Counted from the stretch's first letter, positions 1 through 12,552 are shown. The stretch is 64,000 bases of DNA from Octopus bimaculoides (GCF_001194135.2 NC_068990.1:60994950-61058949), one strand, 5' to 3'. Numbers and translations: made by a program. Notes: generated by a model not told the origin, from the sequence alone.

Positions 1-34
1 GAGAGAGAGAGAGAGAGAGAGAGAGAGTGAGACA
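1..34. repeat. (GA)n microsatellite
   Basis: Direct GA dinucleotide run at window start. Confidence 0.95.
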
Positions 35-229
35 GATAGATATACACACAGAGGTGAGTACATAAGTATTAAACAAGATGAGAAATATAGTACTTGAATA
101 CCGAAGGTAGAGTAATATACATTTTATTAAAGCTGTAAAATTATCACATGAAACTCTGAGTAACAGAGTTTCATGTTCCTGTTTGTCAGACGGTTGTGAT
201 GTACACACACTCACACACATACATACGGT

Positions 230-360
230 ATTAAGAAGGTCATCCAACCATAGAAACCATGCCAATGCTTACAGTAGAGCCTGGTGAAGTTCTGACTTTC
301 CAGCTCCTATCAGACTGTTCAACGCATGGAAAATGGATATTAAATGATGATGATGATGAT
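230..360 (+). mobile_element. 3' fragment of SINE family C (ends ...ttaaatgatgatgatg)
   Basis: catccaaccatagaaaccatgcc...catggaaaatggatattaaatgatgatgat matches other copies at about 6860, 22480 and 37085 (+) and 14760, 22950, 30745 and 55365 (-). Confidence 0.7.
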
Positions 361-499
361 GTGTGTATGTGTATTTAAAATAAGGATTACTCCAAAGTAG
401 CAATAGCATTACCTCTAATTCTATAATTACAATTCTATAATTACATACTGTCTTTTAAGACCAAGCCATGTTTTGCAGTCTCTTCAGGGTCTTAACTTG

Positions 500-519
500 A
501 TATACATTATATATATATA

Positions 520-613
<94 letters not shown>
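500..613. repeat. Compound (TA)n/(TG)n/(CA)n microsatellite running into assembly gap 614-1234
   Basis: Direct reading. Confidence 0.95.
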
Positions 614-1453
614 NNNNNNNNNNNNNNNNNNNNNNNNNNNNNNNNNNNNNNNNNNNNNNNNNNNNNNNNNNNNNNNNNNNNNNNNNNNNNNNNNNNNNNN
701 NNNNNNNNNNNNNNNNNNNNNNNNNNNNNNNNNNNNNNNNNNNNNNNNNNNNNNNNNNNNNNNNNNNNNNNNNNNNNNNNNNNNNNNNNNNNNNNNNNNN
801 NNNNNNNNNNNNNNNNNNNNNNNNNNNNNNNNNNNNNNNNNNNNNNNNNNNNNNNNNNNNNNNNNNNNNNNNNNNNNNNNNNNNNNNNNNNNNNNNNNNN
901 NNNNNNNNNNNNNNNNNNNNNNNNNNNNNNNNNNNNNNNNNNNNNNNNNNNNNNNNNNNNNNNNNNNNNNNNNNNNNNNNNNNNNNNNNNNNNNNNNNNN
1001 NNNNNNNNNNNNNNNNNNNNNNNNNNNNNNNNNNNNNNNNNNNNNNNNNNNNNNNNNNNNNNNNNNNNNNNNNNNNNNNNNNNNNNNNNNNNNNNNNNNN
1101 NNNNNNNNNNNNNNNNNNNNNNNNNNNNNNNNNNNNNNNNNNNNNNNNNNNNNNNNNNNNNNNNNNNNNNNNNNNNNNNNNNNNNNNNNNNNNNNNNNNN
1201 NNNNNNNNNNNNNNNNNNNNNNNNNNNNNNNNNNATTAAGGCATTGAAGGCCTTCAAACATAATTTATACTAATTCTGAGAAAGAAAATAAGATTTAAAT
1301 TATTATCTAACACCTTCAGAAAGATTCTTATGAAGTTATATGATACATTTCTATAACTGATAAATTGCATGTAACCTCATACAGAACAAAAATATTTATG
1401 AGGTTAAGGAAGTTCGGCAAAATTAACTCTTCTCTAGTATTATTTATTATTAT

Positions 1454-1628
1454 GGCCAGGTTCCAACCTGGGCTGCAGCCACAAAGTACACGCGCCACTC
1501 TTCTCAGTCCATCATCACTGCCTTGAGGTCCTGGATACATTCCAAGCTAGTGTCTGCAATCAAGTTGTCGATGCAAGTGTGATGATGTTCTCTTTTTACA
1601 TCACCATGAAGTGGGTTCCACAAGACTA
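1454..1628 (-). mobile_element. Decayed 3' end of RTE-type LINE ORF
   Basis: Minus strand translates to VLWNPLHGDVKREHHHTCIDNLIADTSLECIQDLKAVMMD*EEWRVYFVAAAQ, resembling the RTE C-terminal LW-P-HG...T-ID-L-DT-L...AM-DR--WR pattern; one in-frame stop. Confidence 0.65.
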
Positions 1629-1649
1629 ATTTGTATGCTTCCACTCCCC

Positions 1650-1945
1650 TCTGGTAATATTACAAAAACTTATATATAAAAAAAAACCTAACTGTAATGT
1701 GTACTACAATATAAATAAGGATGCAGAACAATTAGCATCAGAATTAAAATTGATGGCAGAGTTGAATGCTTCACTCTTTAGATACCGCTGGATCACTTTT
1801 AAAGAATATAAACTGAATTGTTTAGCTGCCTCTAAATGCAGGCTTATTAACCCAACTAAAAGTGAATTAGGTTAACTATGATAAAATTAATGACAGAATT
1901 ATACAATCTACTACCTTCCACCTTTGGAAGAACATTTCCAAAGAT
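1650..1945 (+). mobile_element. Penelope-like element (PLE) ORF fragment, region preceding RT core
   Basis: With frameshifts reads NITKTY...INKDAEQLASELKIDGRVECFTLRYRWITFKEYKLNCLAASKCRLINPTKSELG...DKINDRIIQSTTFHLWKN. CRLINP-KSE-G is a hallmark PLE motif. Confidence 0.75.
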
Positions 1946-2068
1946 AGATTGAACTGATAAGTTATACAGCAAATTTGACTGTACATTTCCTCAGTGTGAC
2001 GTCATTGAGTTTTATTCTTCTGTAATGTAAAGCATTTTAATGAAAGCTTTATATTTTCCCCACAAATG

Positions 2069-3341
2069 TGAGGGTCAATTGAAAATTTATAGGCTAACTC
2101 CAATACGTTCATGGAATGTGACCAAATCAGGCTTCTTTCTCAATATAGAACCCCTTGCAGTACAACACTCTTTCATTGGTATTGCAGTGCTTGGATTTCA
2201 TTGGTAAAGAAGCTTTTATCTATTTGCTCAAAACAAGTCATCAACAGCAGATATGACATCATCAACTCTGTGATACTGGTTCCCAACCAAATGTTTTTTT
2301 TTTTTCATATTTGGGTACAAATGATAGTCAAATGGAGTCAAATCATGAGGAAAAGAAGGGTGATCAACAAGTTCAAAGCCACAGTCATGCACAGCTTCTA
2401 TTGAAATCAGGGATTTGTGTGCTGGAACAGTGTCCTGATGAAACAACCCTTTTTTGTTAGTTTTCCTGGGCACTTGGCCGTGATAGCCTTTTGTAGCTAT
2501 CTCTACAAGTTGGCATAGTACTTTTCGTTGATGGTGTGGCCCTTTCGAAGATAGTCAATGAGTACAATATCTCTTACATCCCAAAAAACTGAGATCATCT
2601 TCCTTGTAGTTGAAATGACCTTCTTTGGAGCAGGTGATGAGGGGGTGTTTCTACTGCATGGATTGTCTCTTCGTTTCTGGCTCAAAGTGATGAAACCAAC
2701 ACTCATCCTGGATTAGGAAATGTTCAAAGAAACCAGCCAGGTTTGCCTGAAATAATGTCAGATTTTCCCATGTTGTGATCAGCCTGGGGATGCTTTTGAC
2801 CAGGTGTCAGAAGATGTGGCACCCACCAAGCAGAAACTTTTATTGTGCAGAATATTCTGAACTCTCTCATGGGATATGTTAATAGCATTGGCTATTTGAT
2901 TTATAGTCAGTTACCTGTCGTTCAACGCCATGTGGTGAACACAATGTTTTCTTCAGTGGTGGCAGTTGCAGGATGTCCAGACCTTGGGTCATCTTCAAGA
3001 CTATCTCTTCCTCTCCTGAATTCAGCTACCCACTTTTGCACTGTTGATAAATCTGGAGTGCCATCCTCCAAAGTAGCAACCATGTGAGCATTAATGCCCT
3101 TGGTGGCTAAACCCTTTTTCTGCAGGTACTTGATTACACCATGGTACTAAATTTTGTCCATTTTCAAGAGAAGTTGCTACTAGCTACTTTTGAAGTCTTC
3201 TTTGAACAGTCAAATGTCTGTTTACCTGGAAAGAAACAATTCAGTTATTAATAATAAGTGTTGAAATGGATGCATGCAAGATTTCACAGCTCTAGCATCA
3301 CTCCTTCAAAGTCAGCCTATGAACTTTTCAGTCAACCCTCG
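2069..3341 (-). mobile_element. Full-length (about 1.27 kb) decayed mariner DNA transposon
   Basis: Imperfect TIR of about 30 bp (gagggtcaattgaaaatttataggctaac at 2070 vs reverse complement of gtcagcctatgaacttttcagtcaaccctcg ending 3341, followed by TA); encloses a transposase pseudogene. Confidence 0.9.
2135..3161 (-). pseudogene. Mariner transposase pseudogene (DD34D)
   Basis: MDKI*YHGVIKYLQKKGL...VQKWVAEFRRGRDSLEDDPRSGHP; SVFWDVRDIVLIDYLRKGHTINEKYYANL; HQDTVPAHKS...HDLTPFDYHLY with 34 residues between the last two Asp; multiple stops and frameshifts. Confidence 0.88.
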
Positions 3342-3401
3342 TATGGTAGTACCACAGACCTAAAGATGAAATTCGTTATATACACCAGAAACTCCCTTCT
3401 A

Positions 3402-3637
3402 TAGGGTGTTCAAAAAGTCTCCCTGCAGTAAGTATTTTATTGGAAAATAAATATTTATAAGATGGTATAAGACTACAAAAAATATATATTAGACTTTACA
3501 AGACTTTAAAAATCTTTATAAGTGGTGTTGAAAGGGTCGTCCTTCATTTTCAATGCATGAGTTGACTCTTCTACACATGTTTCAAAATACATCTTGGAGA
3601 AAAAAATTCACTTCAGAGAGATTTTTTGAACACCCTG
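3402..3637 (-). mobile_element. Tc1-like MITE (internal-deletion derivative)
   Basis: TIR tagggtgttcaaaaagtctccctgcagt / cacttcagagagattttttgaacaccctg, with TA on both flanks (3400-3401, 3638-3639). Interior retains the Tc1-type C-terminus MCRRVNSCIENEGRPFQH on the minus strand. Confidence 0.8.
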
Positions 3638-3879
3638 TATATTTTGATGATGGTTTCCAGGTGAGGTATAGTGGTTCAGGACTATGGGAGAGCCGAAATC
3701 TGCAATCTCATAGGGTTATTTATTTTTGACAACCAGCTATCTAGAGTCAATTTTATATAATTAGGATTGTATAGAGACGATGGTTTTACAGATAATAAAA
3801 CAGGCTCTAATTAGATATTAGAAAAGATTTAATTAATACTTTCTGGAACTTTGACTACAGGATTACTGAGTACTAATAC

Positions 3880-3970
3880 TAACTTTCTAAAATACCATCT
3901 AATGAGGAAGCTTTTAACCATGCTGGTATATTTTATAGTGAATCCCTGGGCAGAAGAGGCTTGAATGGAA
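3880..3970 (+). mobile_element. Possible short PLE post-RT fragment
   Basis: LSKIPSNEEAFNHAGIFYSESLGRRG resembles the PLE LS-ISSNEE-FN-AA--Y--AL--SGY motif; short and diverged. Confidence 0.3.
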
Positions 3971-4639
3971 TACATCTCTCTGAAAGGTGCTCTTAATGCT
4001 AGAAGCACCAGGAATTGGAAGACTGTATGGTAGAACCCACTTTCAGTTTGTAACAATTGAGATTGTCAGTTTCTTCTTAAATTTAGTCAGTAAACACATC
4101 CCTAGCAACCAGAGGTGGCGCAAACTTTTCAACAGGTATAACTTCAACATAAGTTATAGCTGCGTGTATACAAGCAGTTATAAGTTATGGCCGCATGGAT
4201 ATGTAAGTTACAGCTGCATCTCTTTTTAGCTTCAATCGATAGGAAGAAATTGGGTCCCTCTCAACCAAATGATTCCTCATCTTAGTGCATCATCCTTAAC
4301 AAGAGTACAGGCTCTCCATAAGATAGATGCATTCTGAAAAGTTTCATTTACTGTACCAAGATTTCTACAGATGATAAAATTGACACAAAATTTTATACAG
4401 GCCTTACCAGCTATTTATTCAAATCCAGATACAATCAGCATACTAACATATTCAGAGACAAACGAACAGTAATAATAAGTTTGAAATACATCTGGAGTTT
4501 AAAGACTGATGCATTTCCAGCTGCAAGATTTAATGGCCTGTAATCAAATCTTCTCCTCTTTACTTTCCTCCTTACTTCAATTTGCAACAATATACATACA
4601 TATATATATAATTAATAAAAAAATACAAGACAAAAATAA

Positions 4640-4790
4640 ACGATGCGAGGATGTGGTACATGCAAAGTATTAATAAGAGGTCAGAGAAGGAAAGAAAGAA
4701 TGGTTGCTTTACATTTCGAGCAAAGTCCTTCATCAGAAACAGGAAACATAGGAAAGTTCAAAAGAAAAGGAAGGAGGAAAAAAAAATGCC
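4640..4790 (-). mobile_element. PLE pseudo-LTR-like repeat with minimal hammerhead-like core
   Basis: Minus strand 4740-4707 reads gtttCTGATGAaggactttgctcGAAAtGTAaag; related copies at about 15120-15245, 30400-30535 and 13535-13610. Confidence 0.55.
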
Positions 4791-6859
4791 AACAGTTCAT
4801 GTGTAGTTACATTTATATAGACAGACAGACAGAAAGGCAGACAGAGATAGATGCATTATGCACAAAGCACAGTAAATCATAAGAACTGAAATAAATTCTA
4901 GATATCATAAGGCCTCACCGTGTGGGAAATGAAATTCTAAACACATTCTATGCTTTTGATGTGTAGAAAAAAGTGGGGAGAGAAATTATGAATTGATAAT
5001 AACTTAGAATTATTTTCCTTGTTGGCAGTAGTAAGAGACTTCAGCTCTCGTGGCATAGGAAAGCTAGGGTAAAGATTTACAAGATGGTTAAATAAGTAGT
5101 TTAAAGTTGGTCAAACACATTCTTCACTAAGCATTACCTCAGTTTATCAAGAAAATTTAGCTGTCTTTTTTGGCTCAGTACATGACTGCATAGAGCACAA
5201 CATTCAGATTTATATCTAAAGAAGAAAACTGACCTTCAGGTTCTATTGAATAGCATGATTCACAGAATCAACAGATAAACTGAGAAGAGGAATCTTCCTG
5301 ATTCTGATCCTAGAAGAATGCATATGGTGAGTTAACCCTCCCTTGAAATCAGCTGCAAGTCCTATGTTATACTTTGGAAAGTCATCAGGTGAAGTAAGAG
5401 TCACTGTAATCACTGTCCTGGAAAGGTACAATCCTTTCATTAGGCAGGTGTTTTGATTTCAGCAATTGAATATGAGTGGTTAGGATGAAAGTAGTAGAGA
5501 TGTGTATTTGTTGCTATTTCCTTTTGCAGCATGCAATATTGTCTTGGCAAGATTAAGTCATTTCAACATTATGAGCATTAAAAATTATATGAAATTTGTG
5601 TGGGCTTAAACATGTCTGATTAGAAATAGGAATTTCAAAGCTATGTTTGTGGAAACATCTAGATTGAACAGAGAATTAAACCAAGTTACTTTTCTCTTTC
5701 CTTAAGAGGTGATGGGTGAGGGTAGTGATATTCTACATGCACCTCATGAAATCCACTTTCACTAATATTAACCTTAAGAAAAACAAATCTAATTCTCCTT
5801 AGTCCTGATAAACCCTTCAAAATGTAAGATGGGTATAGTTAGTAAGCACGTCTTTGATGTACTCAATTATATCCGATCGTTTACTGTACTGGTTCAATAA
5901 AACTACAGTATTGAGAACAAAGTAAACTACAAACTTGGTTTAATATCGTGGGCTTTACCCATTTTATCAAAAGCCTTCCTTCATAAAGCCCTATATTCTG
6001 GGAAGCGATATGCCAAGATTAGAGGCTTCAACATAAGAATACTCATGAATATGAGGTAGTCCTACTGAGTGGAAAAATGACGTGTCTCTTTCTTTGATGT
6101 TTCCAGGAAAAATTATGATGGGGCTGAGAACAGAGGTCCCATTGGATTATGGGAGATTATACACCCCCTCTAAATCAGGTTTGTACTGAGATGACAGCTT
6201 GGCAATTTCAGGTAATATGAATAACTACTATATGTAGATAGAACTTAGGAATCTTCAAAAAGTTTGGTCTGAACATTATTATCTCTACTGAACTAATCAC
6301 ATTTGACTTACTAAAGAAAATAGAAGTGGCAAATAGTATTCCTTTAGAAAGCCCACTAAGAAAACTGAATGTATTCATAGGAATTCAAAACATTCGTTGA
6401 CATTGCGAATAGCCATCCACCTGGATGATTTTTTTAATCAGCTACGTGGCTATGTGCAATATCAGTGAATAATTTATTCACTTTTTCCCACTTCAGAAGA
6501 TGACTCCTTTACCTCTGAACATGTGTCTTGCTGAAAGTATGTATGATTAAAATGCCTCAAAAACACTAAAATGCATCTGGTGCTTTTATTGGATGCTGCT
6601 GGGATGAATTTTCATCTACCTATGGAATTTATAGTGTTTTTAACGTAGTAAGTCCATAAGAGATGTTATCTCAAGACAAATACTGCAGTAACTGGCTTAT
6701 TGACAGTGTGTATACATTAAAATGATACATAAATGAATGTGTGTGTGTGTGTATTACTCTTTACCTCACTCTCCTTTCTTTTCCCAAAAAGACATCCGTA
6801 TACCTTTAAATCTCTCAACTGGCACAGTCATACTACTCCCCACATCCAGTTGAGGGTAT

Positions 6860-7065
6860 TTTTGTCTTGCAAGGTACTGAGTGACCCTGTCAGTGCTGGT
6901 GCCACGTAAAAAGCATCCTGTACACTCTATAAAGTGGTCAACAATAGAAAGGGGATCCAGTTGTAGAAGACATGCCAAAATAGACAATGGAATCTAGTGT
7001 GGCTCACCACTTAGTCAGCTCCTGTCAAACCATCTAACACTTAACTGATAATGATGATGATGATG
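6860..7065 (+). mobile_element. SINE family C copy
   Basis: gtgctggtgccacgtaaaaagcatcctgtacactc...gtcaaaccatctaac...(gat)n tail. Confidence 0.7.
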
Positions 7066-7199
7066 GTGGTGATATATATGTGCGTGTACGCAATGTACTG
7101 TTCCATGATAGAAAATTCAACAAAATAAAATACCCCATCGGGTGAGAGATAAATATTATTCATTTAAAGAGCACAATACATGTATTTAGGTGCTACCAA

Positions 7200-7258
7200 T
7201 AGTTTCATATATATATAAGTATATATATATACATATATATATATAGACATTATATATA

Positions 7259-7316
<58 letters not shown>

Positions 7317-7802
7317 NNNNNNNNNNNNNNNNNNNNNNNNNNNNNNNNNNNNNNNNNNNNNNNNNNNNNNNNNNNNNNNNNNNNNNNNNNNNNNNNNNNN
7401 NNNNNNNNNNNNNNNNNNNNNNNNNNNNNNNNNNNNNNNNNNNNNNNNNNNNNNNNNNNNNNNNNNNNNNNNNNNNNNNNNNNNNNNNNNNNNNNNNNNN
7501 NNNNNNNNNNNNNNNNNNNNNNNNNNNNNNNNNNNNNNNNNNNNNNNNNNNNNNNNNNNNNNNNNNNNNNNNNNNNNNNNNNNNNNNNNNNNNNNNNNNN
7601 NNNNNNNNNNNNNNNNNNNNNNNNNNNNNNNNNNNNNNNNNNNNNNNNNNNNNNNNNNNNNNNNNNNNNNNNNNNNNNNNNNNNNNNNNNNNNNNNNNNN
7701 NNNNNNNNNNNNNNNNNNNNNNNNNNNNNNNNNNNNNNNNNNNNNNNNNCATACATACATACATACACATGTACACAAACACACATACACACACACACAC
7801 AC

Positions 7803-7842
<40 letters not shown>
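7200..7842. repeat. (TA)n/(TACA)n/(CA)n microsatellite spanning gap 7317-7750
   Basis: Direct reading. Confidence 0.9.
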
Positions 7843-7845
<3 letters not shown>

Positions 7846-7974
7846 CACGTCTGGCCATGTAGCCTTCTTGTTTGTTCTCTCTGTTTCATTTTCATGTTTT
7901 GTTTTGTCCACCACGACATTCCTCCATGTTATAAATTTAATTTGAATTAATTTTAATTTAAATTTAAATTGTGG

Positions 7975-8145
7975 TCCGTGGGTAGAGCCATTTTAATGAT
8001 GCATCCTGCCCTAGTCTTCGAAACGCCTGTGTTAGAATGGGGGCAGCTGATGAAGATGTTCTCTATGTGGCCTGTGTGTTTTCTGTACTCGTTTATCATT
8101 TTGTCTACACTTTGTTTACAATGTCCTGTACCCAGATATGCATCT
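7975..8145 (+). mobile_element. Dispersed repeat (probable PLE-derived terminal region), same family as about 57325-57480 (-)
   Basis: Shares cttcgaaacgYc...cagctgatgaag and ...ttgtct...gtcYtgtaccYWgatatgcat with the 57.4 kb copy. Confidence 0.5.
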
Positions 8146-8234
8146 ATACATACATGTAGATGTAAGTATGTACATACATGTATGTATATATGCATATACT
8201 CATTTATTATTTGTATTATATATATATATATACA

Positions 8235-8390
8235 TTTATATGACAGGCCTCTTTCAGTTCCCATCTACCAAATCCACTCACAAAACTTTGGTTGACTTGA
8301 AGCCTGCCGGATGTGCCATGCAGTGGGACTGAACCTGAAGCCATGTGCTCGGGAAGCAAACTTCTTACCACATAACTACACCTGCACCTA
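8235..8390 (-). mobile_element. SINE family A, 5' half
   Basis: Reverse complement of the tRNA-like head (gtggtaagaagtttgcttccc...ggttcagtcccactgc) and gtgagtggatttggtagatgggaactgaaag. Confidence 0.8.
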
Positions 8391-9860
8391 TTGCTTAACT
8401 CTTAAGGAAATTTTGGTTTTAATTTCTCAAACTGGCACGAATTTCATTTGATGTGATTTCTCCTCAGAAGTGATATGGAAGGGCTTGTGTATCGGTTGAA
8501 ATCAGTTTACTTGCTAAAAGCATGTTGAGGTTGCAGGTAAAATTAATCAAATACATATTTATTGACTGAATGGTTCATAACAGAGAAGTCCATTAATACT
8601 ACACATTGACTGCTCTTATATTTACATAAAGATTTTTTCCCCAATCTTAGATCATTTCAACTACTTGGATACATTTCAGAAAGTTCTCAATATGCTGAAA
8701 TATAAAGGCAAATTTCCTGCTATATTAGTATTTGTATATTTATATTTCAAAAGCAAATAGTTATCATAAAAATCAATAGTTATGGTTGCTTTATTTATTT
8801 TCTCATTTCTTTGAATTAATATATTGAACATTTCTTAATGTAAACGATATACATATATATATTTTTTAGTATATCTTTGTTTATCTTAGATTATAATCCT
8901 TTAATATATAATTTAATTAAATTTCAGCATTGTTAATTTTATGAGCTGGCTAATTGCTAATGCTGGTAGTTTTCTGTTTCACTTTAATTTTGCATCTGAA
9001 ATCTTTGCTTATTATATTCTGTCAAAGCTTATAGATTTCAAGTCAGATTTCATTGTACTCATCTCATTATATATATATGTAAAGGGAAAGATTATTGTTG
9101 TTTTGATCTCTTTTTCTCTGTCTTTTTTTTTTTTTTTTTTTTTGTACCATTCTTATTCATACCATTTCCACATGAAGAAATCATATTAGAAATCTATTTT
9201 CATAATTTACTCCACTTGATCAATTATTATGAGGCCCTTTATAATTATGAAGACAATGACCTATATTTAATAAAATACTTCTGCATATTTCATTTTTAGT
9301 TCAAATCTCAGAATTGTCTTAAATTGCTTTTATCCATTAAAGCCAATTTTCATTGGATATTCTTTCTATTTATCTTGAAGTTCAATTAATTAATTGGTCT
9401 ATTTTAATAATTTTCTAATTCTTTATACTTTAAATGATTATAAAAATGATCATTTATTTATTTGTAATAAAAATTGATTTAGTGTACAGTAAGATTAAGG
9501 CAGAGTGTCAGGTAGAAGCCAGAGTAAGTTGATTCATTTCAAGTCACATGCATAATATTGTTTTTTCTATTTCTTCTTTTCTTTAGAAGCAATGACTTTA
9601 TATAAAAATTCATTCCAACTAAATCGTTATGATCCTTTCCACTGAACATTTTTATTTATTCTCTCATGATTCTGAAGTTTTCTCCAATCAGCCAACTAAT
9701 CAAGCATTGTTCTGCTCTACTAAATTAGCCTGAATTTCATAATTCATTTAATTTTTTTTCTTCTTCAAGAGCCTACATTGAACAGACCACATTTTTATAC
9801 TATCACCCAAGTTTTCTTGTTTCACTCACATTCATACATGTACACCTCTACATATGTACA

Positions 9861-9895
<35 letters not shown>

Positions 9896-9981
9896 ATGTA
9901 TGTATGTATATATGTATACATGTATGTATGTATGTATGTATGTATGCATGTATGCATGTATGTATGTATGTATGTATGTAT

Positions 9982-10368
9982 GGAGGCACAATGGCCCAGT
10001 GGTTAGGGCAGTGGACTCGCGGTCATAGCATCGCAGTTTCGATTCCCAGACCGGGCGTTGTTAGTGTTTATTGAGCGAAAACACCTAAAGCTCCACGAGG
10101 CTCCAGCAGGGGATGGTGGCGAACCCTGCTGTACTCTTTCACCACAACTTTCTCTCACTCTTACTTCCTGTTTCTGTTGTGCCTGTAATTCAAAAGGTCA
10201 GCCTTGTCACACTGTGTCACGCTGAATATCCCCGAGAATTACATTAAGGGTACACGTGTGTGTGGAGTGCTCAGCCACTAGCATGTTAATTTCACGAGCA
10301 GGCTGTTTCGTTGATCAGATCAACTGGAACCCTCGACGTCGTAAGCAACAGAGTGCCAACAACAACAA
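9982..10368 (+). mobile_element. Full-length tRNA-derived SINE family D (possibly the octopus tRNA-Arg-like OR type)
   Basis: Pol III A box tggcccagtgg and B box gtttcgattcc; (aac)n tail; inserted in an (ATGT)n tract; second copy at 28846-29231 (-). Confidence 0.9.
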
Positions 10369-11159
10369 CAATGTATGTATGTATGTATGCATAGACAGTA
10401 TCTAAATCAAATGGCATTAAATTGCATTAAATTAAATTACACTGCTGCATTATATGCTTATTAAAGAAATTTTTTAATGTAATGTTTCAATGATGTAAAT
10501 TATTAAGTTTGGTTAAAAGCTTCAATTTTTCTTATACTTACTGCTTTGAATAAAATTATTGGAGAAGATTAAATTGATATTATAATATTTTACTGATTTA
10601 AATCTAACGACACTGCTCAAATATTTGTGTCATTTACTCAAAAATATTACGAAGTTATACCAAATATCTGTCAGCTTTACTTGAGTCTTTTAACTTTATT
10701 TTCATATTATCATCTTAGATTAATGGGAAGACTGTACTTAATTCAAGTTATTATATTTCTTTTAATTATAATCAAATATGTTTTAGTTACTAATGGAATT
10801 TATAGTTTCTAGTAGAGAACATTTGAGATTCATTCCTAATGATTTCATTTTATTCCTTCATAAAATCAGATATTCTTTCAGTGCTGTTCATGGCTTGTTT
10901 GGAATACTATACCCACATCCTGGTTAGTGTTGCTACTGTACACAGATATACTTCCCTGCATCCAAGAAAAGCTAACTGATTGATTAGAAGAGAGTGACTT
11001 ACAAGCACACGCCATCCCATGGTCCACAAACATACTGTGTTCTCTCTATTCCTTTTCTACCACTACTACAATGGACTCTGCTTCACAGATCCAGCTCTTT
11101 TTGTGCCATCTTCATTCATGTTCACTCTCCTCTTTTTGTCACACTTTTGTCAATCCGCT

Positions 11160-11330
11160 GCCCTACCAAAAAGTGCAGGCATTGTTGTGTACTTAAAAAG
11201 ATCATTTCCAAACCTTGTGGTTTCAGGTTCAGTCCCAATGCATGACACTATAGGCAAGTGTCTACTTATATAACATCCCACTGGCCAAAGCCTTGTGAGA
11301 GGACTCAGTATACAGAATCTGTATATATGT
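11160..11330 (+). mobile_element. SINE family A, diverged 5' half
   Basis: aagtgcaggcattgttgtg...ggttcagtccc...ggcaagtgtctac...ccaaagccttgtgag. Confidence 0.65.
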
Positions 11331-11389
11331 ATGTATGTATGTATGTATTTCTGTGAGTGACTTCATATCTTTCTCATCTTCATGCATTC

Positions 11390-11550
11390 TTTTATTCTTT
11401 TTTCTTTTCACTTGTTTCGGTCATTTGATTGTGGCCATGCTGGAGCACTGCCTTAAAGGGTTTTAGTCAAACAAATCAGCCCCAGGACTTATGTTTTTAA
11501 GCCTAATACTTATTCTATCAGCCTCTTTTACAGAACTGCTAAGTTGTAGG
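11390..11550 (-). mobile_element. SINE family A, 3' half
   Basis: cttgtttcggtcatttgattgtggccatgctggagcac...tacttattctatcag...ctgctaagtt. Confidence 0.75.
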
Positions 11551-11734
11551 ACATTTCTGCCACTGAACCCAACCCTAATCCCCTCACCAGCCTCTATCCT
11601 GAATTCTTCTTTCCCAGAAAATCCATTCTCATATGTTTTACATGCAATTTTTGACTTTCAGCTATTCAAGAAAAAACATCAACTGCATGCACTTCACCTT
11701 CTTGGAGGAACTAATGAGCCCTATAGGCCCAGTG

Positions 11735-12370
11735 CATAGCACCTTCTTCCAAATTGGCAGAGTTTGGAACAATAACCATCTGAAGAAAGATCCAAAACCA
11801 GTGAGCACAAAGCCATCGTTCAGATCATTCTCTTGCACAGCTCAGAGATGTGGGTCATCCACTGACACCTCCTATGACTCCTTGAGCAATTCTATCAGTG
11901 CTACATTCACATAATCCTCAGCTTGACTAACATTGAAGTCCTAGAGCGGGCAAGGGTCATCAGTATCAAAACAACTCTGCTGAAAACAGAGCTAGACTGG
12001 GCAGGGCATGTCATCAGAATGGAGGACCATTAACTTCTCAAGATCACACTGTGTGGTCACCATTGTAGAAGAGCACCAAAGAAGAGGTACAAGGACTCTC
12101 TAAAGAAATATCTCAGCACCTGCCATGTTAATCTTCACTTGTGGTCTGTTCTTGCTGCTGATCATGAAGCCTGGCATCTTATTGTCCTCTGGGCATGATC
12201 ATGCTGATCATGAAGCCTGGCATCTTATTGTCCTCCTCCATTTGAAGACACTTGCAGATAAGAAAAAAAGGAGAGAAGAAAAAGGACGACATCACAACCA
12301 TCTCTGATCAACTTCCCTTCTTGTGTAGTCCCTGCAGCCGTGCCGCAGATGAGAACATTTCCCTTTATAA
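11735..12370 (+). mobile_element. Decayed RTE-clade LINE, 3' part of ORF2
   Basis: Reads ...GRVWNNNHL...LLHSSEMWV...TNIEVLER...TLLKTELDWAGHVIRMEDH*LLKITLCG...RAPKKRYKDSLKK...WSVLAADHEAWH... (RTE WAGHV-RM and PK-RYKD motifs); includes an internal 34-bp duplication at about 12157 and 12203. Confidence 0.85.
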
Positions 12371-12404
12371 ATCTTCACACATGAAACCAACCCGAAATGG
12401 AAAT

Positions 12405-12406
12405 AT

Positions 12407-12438
<32 letters not shown>

Positions 12439-12552
12439 CATCACCACCATCATCACCACCATCATCATGATCATCATGATCATCATGATGATGATGATCA
12501 TCATCATCATCACCACCACCACCACCACCACCACCATCATCATCACCACCAC

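Noticed and set aside
455-1273. Long ORFs of 238-268 aa (and similar ones at about 7.2, 13.2, 17.0, 27.2, 36.3 and 46.5 kb)
   Set aside because: Composed of N-gap X residues and YI/HT/CV microsatellite translations.
9982-10060. tRNA-like sequence with A and B boxes
   Set aside because: Continues into a SINE body and tail with a second dispersed copy; it is a SINE head, not a tRNA gene.
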